From the sequence record phage_1: 64,000 bases of DNA. One strand, written 5' to 3'. The position numbers and the translations under genes are program-made. Shown here piece after piece: positions 54,468-63,647 of this stretch. The notes beneath the pieces are model-generated. The model was not told the DNA's origin. It was given only the letters and a program-made list of their open reading frames with translations, and searched no databases. Each line of letters starts with the position of its first letter. The first letter of the stretch is position 1.

Positions 54468-55400
54468 ATGCCGATTCCGAATATGTTGGCGATGTTGCTG
54501 CCGAGCTTCGAAGCCACGAACTTAAAAAACCAACTGTCATCTAACTGCGACTCGATTGCTGCGTTAGAGCCACAGTTCCAGAACCTCCAGGAACTGGTGG
54601 GAAGTGTCCAGGGTAAGCCATTTAAAGCGAAGCCTGTTGCAGACCTTTCTACTGAAATCGTTAAGTACCTGCATAGCTCCGGTTTGGAAGTTAAAGGGTT
54701 ACGTAACGCAAGTATGCTGGAGTACGTCATCGCGTCTATGCAGAACGTACAGGCGCTGCGACCTTTCCTGGAGCAGTGTATCGACCGCGACATCGGGAAG
54801 ACGTTGGTGACATCATCTCTAACGTTCAACAAACAAACCGTGTTGCAGTTGCTGGATATGATCGAATTCTTCGTCGGTTACGCTAGCACCCTGATTAACT
54901 ACATCACGGCCGAAGAGATTGCCGCTGTACAAGACTCGAACATTGCAGTGAAGGGAATCGGTCCGAAAGACCTTCAGTATCTGCAAACCCGTAAGACGTC
55001 TTTCTGTATTGCGGTGCGCGTCCTGGCAACCCCCATTACCAAACTGAAAGCAGACTACGCTGAGATACCTGAAGCGGTGTTTGACGAAGAGACATATAGC
55101 CAATTGGTTCAGCAGTTCGGTTCGAACACCACTGATCCACTGGGTATGTCCTCCGTTCCGTTCCCGCTGTCAATTGTCTACCGCGTGCGTCTGAATATTG
55201 CAGAATGGCAAATGGATCGTTATGACGAGTGCGTGGAAGCCGCGAAAGCGACTGAGCTGCGTATTCTGTTGTACAAGAAACAACAGGCTGCCGGTGAAGG
55301 GGACGTGCACATTGAGAAACTCATCGAAGCACACGAAAAGCGCTTGATGGAACTCAAGTACAAACGTGAACGTCTGGAGAAAAAATACGGTCTGGTTTAA
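54468..55400 (+). CDS. Virion head protein
   Basis: AAGGGG SD; structural block. Confidence 0.7.
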   Translation: MPIPNMLAMLLPSFEATNLKNQLSSNCDSIAALEPQFQNLQELVGSVQGKPFKAKPVADLSTEIVKYLHSSGLEVKGLRNASMLEYVIASMQNVQALRPFLEQCIDRDIGKTLVTSSLTFNKQTVLQLLDMIEFFVGYASTLINYITAEEIAAVQDSNIAVKGIGPKDLQYLQTRKTSFCIAVRVLATPITKLKADYAEIPEAVFDEETYSQLVQQFGSNTTDPLGMSSVPFPLSIVYRVRLNIAEWQMDRYDECVEAAKATELRILLYKKQQAAGEGDVHIEKLIEAHEKRLMELKYKRERLEKKYGLV

Positions 55401-55423
55401 GGCCGTATTATCAGGAGAGTCTC

Positions 55424-55981
55424 ATGTTTGACAATGACCAGAATTTTAACCTCGCCGAGAAGTTGATTAAAAACTACATGGCGAAACTGACCCAAAACCC
55501 CGTGCTGGTTCATGACGACGAACTGATACATGAAACCCTGGAAGCTGCAGCCGTTGTGCTGCCGTATTTCCGCATGATGGGCGCTGACTCTGTCCAACAA
55601 GTATTATATGACGAATATCCGCAGGTCGGTTTTACGTTTAATACGTTTTATAACGAATCTGCATCGTTCATACTTGACGGTAAACGCCGTACAGTGTCAA
55701 CAGGACAGTGGTCCGTTCTTCTGGTATCGTACATGAACGATATCCACTCTACTAAGCAAGTAGAGCGAACCGGTTCCCTGGGCTCACGACTTCTTGCTGC
55801 GGCTTACGGTCGTAGTGGGCAAGTTCGCCATATGGGAACTGCGCATCAGACGTACACGCCTGACCGGCGTCTATTATCTTATGCAGACCACGAACTGCTG
55901 GCACGTTGGTTGACACGTCCGAACGGGTTATCCGATATGATCTCGTCGTTAGCAGTGTTTTTAAAAATCGCACGTCCCTAA
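55424..55981 (+). CDS. Probable virion protein
   Basis: AGGAG SD. Confidence 0.7.
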   Translation: MFDNDQNFNLAEKLIKNYMAKLTQNPVLVHDDELIHETLEAAAVVLPYFRMMGADSVQQVLYDEYPQVGFTFNTFYNESASFILDGKRRTVSTGQWSVLLVSYMNDIHSTKQVERTGSLGSRLLAAAYGRSGQVRHMGTAHQTYTPDRRLLSYADHELLARWLTRPNGLSDMISSLAVFLKIARP

Positions 55982-56037
55982 GGGGGCCCCTTATCTAGGG
56001 GCGTGTAATTGGGTTATAACCAAAGGAACCGAAACAA

Positions 56038-57315
56038 ATGGCAAACTTTGTAAAAAGTAAACTCGCCCGCGAGTCCGTTGAAGCTACCGGCGACGTAATC
56101 GACGGTCTGAGCAACGTTGAACCGGCAGAAGAGAACATCGACGTTCAGCTGGCAGAAGTTGCGTCTATCGACGGTCAGCTGGAACAGCTCGATGGTGACC
56201 AGGAAACCCTGGCTGCTGATACCGAGTGTACCGAAGCTGCTATCGACGCTGCTGACGAAAAAATCGAAAACGGTGAAGAGATGCCTGAAGAAGCCATCGC
56301 TCACACCGAAGTGGCGCAGGAATCTATCCGTAAACGTTGGGCTATCGATCGTACCAAACTGGCACGCGAATCTTATCGCCGTGGCCGTGGCATGACCAAA
56401 GCAGCTCAGGAAGGCTGGAAAGAAACCCTGAAAGATCTGTTCAAGCGCTTCGTTGAACTGTGTAAAGCAGTTATCGCGAAAGCGAAAGAGCTGAAACTGA
56501 AATACATCAACGTTGGTAAGTCTGCACAGAAACGTGCGAAAGCTTACCAAGAGATGCTGCGTAAGCTCGGTAAGCAGAAGAAAGAAAACATCTCTGGCGG
56601 CTTTATTAGCAAACTGTCTATCGAAGGCGACTTCGATGTGGCCAACTCCATCGCTATCGCGAAAGAGCTGACCGGCGGTAAAGCGAAAGACGCTATCAAC
56701 AAGCTGTCCTCTCAGGCGTCCGAATCTGCTGTAGCGATCACCAAAACCGCAGAAGGTACTGCAACGGCTGCTAAAGGCGCTGTTGATGTTGCCCTGTTCG
56801 GTACCGCTGCTAAGAAACTGCGCACCCTGCCGCAGTTCGAAGATGGCGAAGGCGGTCAGAAAGTTCTGGCACTGCCAGGCAACGCCTATGTGCAGATCGG
56901 TAGCAAAACTCTGGCCGGCGGCCAGGACTTCACTGCGGTGGCGTTCCTGTCAACTGGCGACTCTACCGACACGAAAGAGATTGCTACCCCGGCAATTACC
57001 GCACTGGCGTCTGCAGCAACCGCTCTTGATGCGATCGGTAAAGGCTTCGAGAAAGTGCTGCAGGACTTCCGCTCCTATGACGCCGATGTTGAGAAACTGG
57101 AGCAGGCTGCTAGCAAAGCTGCTGCTGCCCTGGATAAATCCAACGACGAAGGCGAGTGGGAAGCACTGCGTAATGCACGTACTGCAGCCGACCAGGCTGT
57201 GCGTAACTACCAGACTCTGAACCGTGCCGTGGCGCATGTTGGTAACACTGTTATCAGCGGCCTGAACGGTTACATCGGTGCTGGTATCGGCGCGTACGAA
57301 AAGTCTAAAGCTTAA
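56038..57315 (+). CDS. Abundant inner-head protein, paralog 1 (phiKZ gp93 family)
   Basis: Acidic propeptide with repeated AxE sites (LARES, VAQES, LARES, AAQE); highly biased codons. Confidence 0.75.
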   Translation: MANFVKSKLARESVEATGDVIDGLSNVEPAEENIDVQLAEVASIDGQLEQLDGDQETLAADTECTEAAIDAADEKIENGEEMPEEAIAHTEVAQESIRKRWAIDRTKLARESYRRGRGMTKAAQEGWKETLKDLFKRFVELCKAVIAKAKELKLKYINVGKSAQKRAKAYQEMLRKLGKQKKENISGGFISKLSIEGDFDVANSIAIAKELTGGKAKDAINKLSSQASESAVAITKTAEGTATAAKGAVDVALFGTAAKKLRTLPQFEDGEGGQKVLALPGNAYVQIGSKTLAGGQDFTAVAFLSTGDSTDTKEIATPAITALASAATALDAIGKGFEKVLQDFRSYDADVEKLEQAASKAAAALDKSNDEGEWEALRNARTAADQAVRNYQTLNRAVAHVGNTVISGLNGYIGAGIGAYEKSKA

Positions 57316-57392
57316 TCCGCTTTACGTACCAAACGTCGGTTGACATATCATTACAAACGGCACGCGTCTTATCGCCTAGCGGACCGAAAAAG

Positions 57393-58652
57393 ATGGCTAA
57401 CTTTGTAAAAAGTAAACTCGCGCGTGAATCTGTCGAAGGCACAGGTACTGTCGTTCCGGACGGTATCGAGCTGCCGGCTGAGTCCGTAGAAGGTACTCTG
57501 GCTGACATCGAGCACGACACTAAACCGATCGACCAGCTGGATGCTGAAGCAGATGTGCTGGCAGAAGACGGCGACGAAACCGACGCGCAGCTGGATGCAG
57601 TTGATGCTGCTGAAGCTGCTGCTGACGGTGAAGGTGAAGATGGCGAAGAGCCAATGGAAGTGGAAGAAGATATGCCTGACGAAGCTGCTGAGCAGCTGGA
57701 CGTTGCGCAGGAATCTATCCGTAAACGTTGGGCATTCGACCACCGCGTAAGCGTTGCGCAGGAATCTTACGGTGCACGTAAGCGCCGCCAGGTTGCTCGT
57801 GAAAGCCTGTGGGACGACATCAAAGCGTTCCTGCAGCGCATCTACGACTGGCTGAAAGAACAAGGCCGTAAGGTTAAAGACCGTTGGCTGAAGTTCAGCA
57901 ACCAGGGTAAATCCATTCAGGCGCGTGCTAAGAAATATGACGCTGCTCTGCGTGGCCTGGGCAAGCAGAAGAAAGACACCGTTAGCGGTGGGTTCATTAA
58001 GAACCTGACCACCGGTGGTAAGTTCGTCGGTGACGACATCAACGTCCTGAAAGAGCTTCTGTCTTCTATCGGCAGCATCTACGGTGAGCAGGATGCAGTT
58101 GTTGCAGCCGCTACCACTATGGTTGGCGCAGTTGAGGCTGGCAAACGGGTTGGCGGTTTCGCAGCAGCGGTTAACAAAGCAACTGCAGGTAAAGCGGGCG
58201 AAGTTCAGCTGCTGGGCAACCAGATCGGTAAAGCCGAAGTGAAAGTGAACGGGGATGACCTGGAAGCTTCCTTCAATGTTATCGACGCCGAAGGTAGCGT
58301 AGAGCAGTCTGTTTCTACTCCGTCTCTCACGACTCTGTCTTCCCTGGTTGCGTTCTTCAACCAGCTGGGTAAAGCAGTCGAAGAGAACGTGAAAGCATAC
58401 CACAAAAATAACCAGGCTCAAGAGCGTTACGAGCAGGCTATTGAGAAACTGCTGAAACGTATCGACGGCGTGAAGATCGACGACAACGCAGAACTGACTT
58501 CCAACGTCCGTGTTGCACGTCGTGCAATCACCGTTGCGAACCAGTACATCTCCTGGACCGAACGTTGCGTTGCANCCGGCCANAAAAACCTGATCGCCGG
58601 CGTTAACGGCTACATCNGCGAGGGTATCGGTGCGTACGAAAAGTATAAGTAA
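57393..58652 (+). CDS. Abundant inner-head protein, paralog 2
   Basis: Same MANFVKSKLARESVE start and GIGAYEK end as paralog 1. Confidence 0.75.
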   Translation: MANFVKSKLARESVEGTGTVVPDGIELPAESVEGTLADIEHDTKPIDQLDAEADVLAEDGDETDAQLDAVDAAEAAADGEGEDGEEPMEVEEDMPDEAAEQLDVAQESIRKRWAFDHRVSVAQESYGARKRRQVARESLWDDIKAFLQRIYDWLKEQGRKVKDRWLKFSNQGKSIQARAKKYDAALRGLGKQKKDTVSGGFIKNLTTGGKFVGDDINVLKELLSSIGSIYGEQDAVVAAATTMVGAVEAGKRVGGFAAAVNKATAGKAGEVQLLGNQIGKAEVKVNGDDLEASFNVIDAEGSVEQSVSTPSLTTLSSLVAFFNQLGKAVEENVKAYHKNNQAQERYEQAIEKLLKRIDGVKIDDNAELTSNVRVARRAITVANQYISWTERCVAXGXKNLIAGVNGYIXEGIGAYEKYK

Positions 58653-58663
58653 TTAGACTGGCG

Positions 58664-58703
58664 AATCCCCCACTTCGGTGGGGGATTTACCTTTTCTTTT
58701 TTT
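58664..58703 (+). terminator. Intrinsic terminator
   Basis: AATCCCCCAC-TTCG-GTGGGGGATT plus T tract. Confidence 0.85.
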
Positions 58704-58725
58704 GTCTCCGATTACAANAATTTTC

Positions 58726-58741
58726 AGATATATATTACCTA
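58726..58741 (+). promoter_or_regulatory. Class A phage promoter motif
   Basis: AGATATATATTACCTA upstream of ORF 58789. Confidence 0.65.
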
Positions 58742-58788
58742 GGTGAGATTGCATTGGTAATCTTTTAACCGACTATCACTTAAGGAAT

Positions 58789-59550
58789 ATGAAAATGAAA
58801 ACTATCAATCTGCTTACTCTGGCTAATGGCTCTATCGAACGTAGCGAAGATGACGGTGCTATCCTGCAAGCAACCAACGGCTTTAAAATTATACTGTCCC
58901 CAATTCAATTCACCGGCTTACAAGTCTGGCTGCGCGAAATCAACAAACGCAAACTACCGCGCCGTATGGCGGTTGGCGACCTGCTCTTTACACTGGATAA
59001 CGTTGACGGTGTTAAACCGGAACTGTACGAAGTTCAGTACAAAGCCGCAGTCGATACACTGCGCCTGAAGAAAGGGGAAGAAATCAAATTCATTCCGGTG
59101 ACCTATAATGGTAACAATTACCTGCAGATGGAAGACACTCCGTTCGCTGCGCACGTCACTGACACTGCTGTTGAATTGGTCATTGCCTTTGGTCTGGTTG
59201 CGACTCCGGCGGTACTGGAAATCAGCGAAGACCCACTGCAAGATTTCGGTACGCTGTTCGATACCATGCTGGGTGGCATGAAGCTCGGGAATATCACCAA
59301 GGTCATCCGCCGTATTCCGATTCTGAATGCGCAGCCGAAAGTGATGACCCTGGCAGAAAGCATGATGGAACACCCGGAGCTGACTGCTGAAGAAATTCAG
59401 GCGCAAGAAGACGCAATTGAAGAAGAACGTCAGAACGCCCAGCGTGAAGCCATGAAGCCGTTCCGTGGTTTCCTGGATGCTATCTTCGACTGTGCGAACT
59501 CGCTGATGAAACCAGTTGAAGTGAAAACCGCTGAAGAACCAGCAGCGTGA
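58789..59550 (+). CDS. Hypothetical protein, highly expressed codon bias
   Basis: AAGGA SD; 253 aa. Confidence 0.85.
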   Translation: MKMKTINLLTLANGSIERSEDDGAILQATNGFKIILSPIQFTGLQVWLREINKRKLPRRMAVGDLLFTLDNVDGVKPELYEVQYKAAVDTLRLKKGEEIKFIPVTYNGNNYLQMEDTPFAAHVTDTAVELVIAFGLVATPAVLEISEDPLQDFGTLFDTMLGGMKLGNITKVIRRIPILNAQPKVMTLAESMMEHPELTAEEIQAQEDAIEEERQNAQREAMKPFRGFLDAIFDCANSLMKPVEVKTAEEPAA

Positions 59551-59608
59551 ATATCACGTTACCCTCAAACCCTATGCAATCGACCATTAATCTTAAGGAG
59601 TATTTATA

Positions 59609-60154
59609 ATGAAACGTGTCAATCTTAAAGATATTATTAGCGTAAGTAACGATAAATCATCGCCCCTTTGGGATGAGGTTACTACGCTGCAATTTAGTAC
59701 CAGTGTCATGGCAATCCCACGTCCAGTTATGATTGGTCTGGGCGTATTCATTTTAGAATGCGACCGTCGTTCAGCAGGCACGCACATTCTAACGTACGGT
59801 GGGTACGAGTTTGTCGTCGAAAGCGAACTTAACAAACATTGCTCAGAGGGCATCATCGGTCTTTGGAAATACTTAATCGATGCGGGATTGTCCGACATGT
59901 CTAAAGTCTGTAGTCACGATTACGGTAAGTTGGAACATTTTGTTCGTCGTAACGGTGAGCGTGTTCCGGTGACGATTGATGGTTACCAGACCAAAATGGT
60001 CACCGCGCCTTACAGCGCTGAGGGGATACGTGCAACGCTTTACATTCGCCAGACGCTCGTACGTGATGACCTGTTAGACGAAGCAGAGCAAACTCTACAT
60101 GGTCGTGTTGTGAACCTCGCACCGTCTTACGACGCGCAGCGTATGGTTCAATGA
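59609..60154 (+). CDS. Hypothetical protein
   Basis: AAGGAG SD; TCAC-N15-TATG at 59554-59576. Confidence 0.8.
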   Translation: MKRVNLKDIISVSNDKSSPLWDEVTTLQFSTSVMAIPRPVMIGLGVFILECDRRSAGTHILTYGGYEFVVESELNKHCSEGIIGLWKYLIDAGLSDMSKVCSHDYGKLEHFVRRNGERVPVTIDGYQTKMVTAPYSAEGIRATLYIRQTLVRDDLLDEAEQTLHGRVVNLAPSYDAQRMVQ

Positions 60155-60160
60155 TTTAAT

Positions 60161-60190
60161 AAGGTGGCCTAACAAGCCACCTTCTTTTTT
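60161..60190 (+). terminator. Intrinsic terminator
   Basis: AAGGTGGC-CTAACAA-GCCACCTT plus T-run. Confidence 0.8.
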
Positions 60191-60198
60191 GGGATTGT

Positions 60199-60573
60199 GT
60201 GATGACTGATAAATTTAAATTTGAGATGACGCCAGAAACCGCAAACGTAGAACCGCAGATTCGCCTCCGTGTACGAGATGACGAATACTGTCTAGCGATA
60301 GTTGAAGAAGACCTGGCAGAGGCCTTGTTGCTGCTCGGCGACAGAGAATGGCTTGGCACGCTAACTATTAGGCTTAAGAGGCCGTTGGTTGGTAGTGGGA
60401 TGTTTGCAGGTTGCTGTACGAACAGTCTGTTGGTCGAAGTGGATGCCAGAACGGTATCACTGTCGGTGATTCTGGACTATCCGGTGACATTCTCGTATAG
60501 CCGTCTTGAATTTAGTCGTTATTTACGTCGCGCAATGAAAGAATTATCTAAAGCACGTAGGAGCAAACCATGA
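60199..60573 (+). CDS. Hypothetical protein
   Basis: ORF coupled to DHFR by an ATGA overlap. Confidence 0.7.
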   Translation: MMTDKFKFEMTPETANVEPQIRLRVRDDEYCLAIVEEDLAEALLLLGDREWLGTLTIRLKRPLVGSGMFAGCCTNSLLVEVDARTVSLSVILDYPVTFSYSRLEFSRYLRRAMKELSKARRSKP

Positions 60574-61121
60574 AACTCTCTATTATCGTCGCGATGGACC
60601 GCAACAACGCCATCGGTAAAAACAACGAACTGCCGTGGCGTCTGCCTGCCGACCTGGCTAACTTTAAGGCAATCACCACAGGGAAGAACGTTATCATGGG
60701 CAGTAAGACCTGGGAATCGTTAGGTTGTCGTCCTTTGCCTAACCGCGGCAACTTAATTGTTACTCGTAACCCAGAAGGGTATATCAGTGGCCGGGAAGAA
60801 CACACGGACATGCGTTTGGTGACGTTTCACACGAGTATTGATTTAGCCATCAAAGCTCTGGAACGTATCGAGAAAGATACCGGGAAAGAGCAAGAGGTGA
60901 TGATTATTGGCGGCGCATCAATTTATCAACAAACCCTCGCTCGTGCGGATCGTATTTATCTATCGCGTATTGACATTGCTGTTGAAGGTGCAGATGCTTT
61001 CTTCCCAGAAATTGACAGAGATGTTTTTCAAGTCGATTACACCATGACCCATTTACCCGACGGCCAGAAACACACGCACCGTTGGACGTATCAAATTTTA
61101 AATCGTATCGCTGGAGTTTAA
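60570..61121 (+). CDS. folA: Dihydrofolate reductase
   Basis: IVAMDRNNAIGKNNELPWRLPADLANFK, IMGSKTWES, RPLPNR and IIGGASIY. Confidence 0.97.
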   Translation: MKLSIIVAMDRNNAIGKNNELPWRLPADLANFKAITTGKNVIMGSKTWESLGCRPLPNRGNLIVTRNPEGYISGREEHTDMRLVTFHTSIDLAIKALERIEKDTGKEQEVMIIGGASIYQQTLARADRIYLSRIDIAVEGADAFFPEIDRDVFQVDYTMTHLPDGQKHTHRWTYQILNRIAGV

Positions 61122-61122
61122 A

Positions 61123-61452
61123 ATGGAAAAGAAATCTGTTAAAGGTTACGTGATGGAAGTAACCCCAAAAGCGGCTGAACTGGCGAGAGAATATACCGGA
61201 TGTATCGTGCCACTGACCTCAATCGTGGTGTGTGAGGGTTCCTTCTATCTCATCTTCGGCAGTAATGAGCCGGTCTATGCGTACATCGATGACCCTGATC
61301 AAGTTACAGCCCTCTCTATTGCGATGGGTAAAATGGTATCAGACAAGATGATTGAATTCGTTGTCGGGAAAACGATGGACATTATCCGCAATCCGGTTGG
61401 ACACAGCGGAATAAAATGTAAGAAGTGGCAGCTAGCTTGGCTGGCACATTAA
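61123..61452 (+). CDS. Hypothetical protein
   Basis: GGAG SD. Confidence 0.75.
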   Translation: MEKKSVKGYVMEVTPKAAELAREYTGCIVPLTSIVVCEGSFYLIFGSNEPVYAYIDDPDQVTALSIAMGKMVSDKMIEFVVGKTMDIIRNPVGHSGIKCKKWQLAWLAH

Positions 61453-61479
61453 ACGGTTATCTTCTTAAGGAGTATTAAA

Positions 61480-62070
61480 ATGCTTAGTGAACGTGCGCCC
61501 CGTTTAGAAGCGGCGGTATTGAAAATTGAACGTGTGAATATCAAATTGTTATCGAACGATGTTGGTCGGGCATCGTACAGTGACTTATGGAGTATCCCCG
61601 CACCACCGCGTACGTTGGTGGTGAACTGGTTAACGAATCGTTTGGGCTCATGCGATGTTAAAGCCAAGGATGTCGTACTAACGCTACCTGACGGCAAAAC
61701 AACTACCGGCGATGTGTTGATTGCCAGTGGTTCTAAATTGCGTATGGGCGATATTCGCTTGGGTGAGTCCTATCTTCCGGACGGTATGCGACCTATGCCG
61801 ATTGGCGAGGTAGAAAACCGAATTCTGGAAAAAGAAAGAGTGCTGGCGTTCATACGCCGCCCGCCGGATAGCACGGTGTCGTTTAAGCAACGTAAACCGG
61901 CTGCAGACAACACACCCGTTGTCGAGTGGCTCGAAAAGTATTTTGGCGAATATGGCATCAGTCCTGATGAGGTCATTCTCATCAACGGCCACGCCATGAT
62001 GCCGTTTAAGCCCAGCCCGTATTACACGATGGGACAACTGCGCGCTTCCTTCAAAGGGAAAGCACGCTAA
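61480..62070 (+). CDS. Hypothetical protein
   Basis: AAGGAG SD; terminator follows. Confidence 0.8.
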   Translation: MLSERAPRLEAAVLKIERVNIKLLSNDVGRASYSDLWSIPAPPRTLVVNWLTNRLGSCDVKAKDVVLTLPDGKTTTGDVLIASGSKLRMGDIRLGESYLPDGMRPMPIGEVENRILEKERVLAFIRRPPDSTVSFKQRKPAADNTPVVEWLEKYFGEYGISPDEVILINGHAMMPFKPSPYYTMGQLRASFKGKAR

Positions 62071-62075
62071 AGTGT

Positions 62076-62103
62076 GGGGGACTTCGGTCCCCTTTCTTTT
62101 TTT
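62076..62103 (+). terminator. Intrinsic terminator
   Basis: GGGGAC-TTCG-GTCCCC plus T-run. Confidence 0.85.
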
Positions 62104-62144
62104 GCGTTTTAGGCCAGTGATATGACTACAACGAGGGACAGCTA

Positions 62145-63647
62145 ATGCAACAGTATTTTGAAATTCCATCGTTGGACAAGACCATGCGCAAAGCTGTGGT
62201 CGACGGCGTCGTAGAACGTGTGCTAAACGAATCTGGTATTGAACGTGCCAGTGTTGTTTTCACGGATAGCTTCAACACCGCCCATCAGCCAGGCTCTACG
62301 CTCGGCGATGAGACACCGGTGGACTATTCAGCACCGAACCGTGTCTACGTCGAAGTGGAAGAAGAACGTGATGAACGCGCACGCATTAACCGTCAAGTTG
62401 GGTTAGCGGCAGAGATTCCATTCTTCCATAACCCCGAAGACCAAGTACGCGCCGCTCCTGTCCGCGTAATGTATAACGTGACTATCACGCTACGGCGTGT
62501 CGGCCCATCGCGTGACGAATTGTTACGTTGGGCGAACCGCCTGGATTCACTTATCGACATGGGTCGCTATTCAACCATGACGGAATCCGAAGCGTACTAC
62601 TTGATTCCAAAACCTGCGCTTAAGCTATTGAACGAATGCTATATCGCCGCAGGGACCCGTGTGCCGAAATACGATGACTTTAAAGATTATCTAAAGGCGC
62701 ACTTCACACCCGACGTTTTCACCACAGGTAATGTTGCCGGTGGTCAGAATGTCTTAGCGGTACGCTACGCACCAACCCGTATCGAGACGGTTTACGATGT
62801 TATCTCTCCTACCTGGGATAACGACGAAAACCGTTACGAGACCAGCTTCGTTATACGCTTCTCATATCAGCGACCCGAAGAGGTGGTGATTACCTACCCG
62901 TACATTATCAACCAGACACCGTTGCCTGATGAATGGTGGCCTGAGATAGACCCACCGTTTGTGAGTAATGAAGAGGGCGTGCAACGTCACCAACAGCAAA
63001 AGAACCTTGACGGCACTTGGTGGATTAATGAATCTCGCCAGTTCTTACGCCTACCGTATCTGCTGTCACCGACAGAACAGTTTGAACGTACACACTCGCC
63101 GCTAAAAGCAAAGCTTCTGCATGTGTTCGGCACCGATGTAGCATTCGGTGAAGAAAACATGACCGATCCTGAAGTTTGTAGCATTGACGACCTGCCGTAT
63201 GTTTGGAACGCTGAGGTGGTTCCTTATATCGAACACTGCCGCACGATAGACCCGACAGGTCAGACGGGCATTATCCGTATGGAGTTGTTCGAGAACGGTC
63301 AAATCATTGAACCACGTTTCTACCATTGGGAAAACGGTGTCTTCTCGCTACGTAACCGTGAAGTTCATGTCGAGAAAGCGTACTACTTAACAGAGTCGGC
63401 AATACACGACTGGCGTAATCTGGACTTATGGCCACTGCATCTTTATCCAAAAGCGGCAAAAGTGCTTATTGAGTGGTTATTCCCAGATTGGGATTGCCCG
63501 GATTGGTGGTGGGATAAACCTGTGTTACCACCAAGTGTGATTGATGAAATCACGAAGTTCTATCGCCGTGTCCTGTTGACGCAATTTAATACCACGATTA
63601 TAGCCATCAGAGGAGCCGATAATGCTCAAGGCGAACAAGAGGGGTGA
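62145..63647 (+). CDS. Conserved protein, probably virion structural (500 aa)
   Basis: GAGGG SD; TTGC-N15-TATG at 62102-62124. Confidence 0.75.
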   Translation: MQQYFEIPSLDKTMRKAVVDGVVERVLNESGIERASVVFTDSFNTAHQPGSTLGDETPVDYSAPNRVYVEVEEERDERARINRQVGLAAEIPFFHNPEDQVRAAPVRVMYNVTITLRRVGPSRDELLRWANRLDSLIDMGRYSTMTESEAYYLIPKPALKLLNECYIAAGTRVPKYDDFKDYLKAHFTPDVFTTGNVAGGQNVLAVRYAPTRIETVYDVISPTWDNDENRYETSFVIRFSYQRPEEVVITYPYIINQTPLPDEWWPEIDPPFVSNEEGVQRHQQQKNLDGTWWINESRQFLRLPYLLSPTEQFERTHSPLKAKLLHVFGTDVAFGEENMTDPEVCSIDDLPYVWNAEVVPYIEHCRTIDPTGQTGIIRMELFENGQIIEPRFYHWENGVFSLRNREVHVEKAYYLTESAIHDWRNLDLWPLHLYPKAAKVLIEWLFPDWDCPDWWWDKPVLPPSVIDEITKFYRRVLLTQFNTTIIAIRGADNAQGEQEG

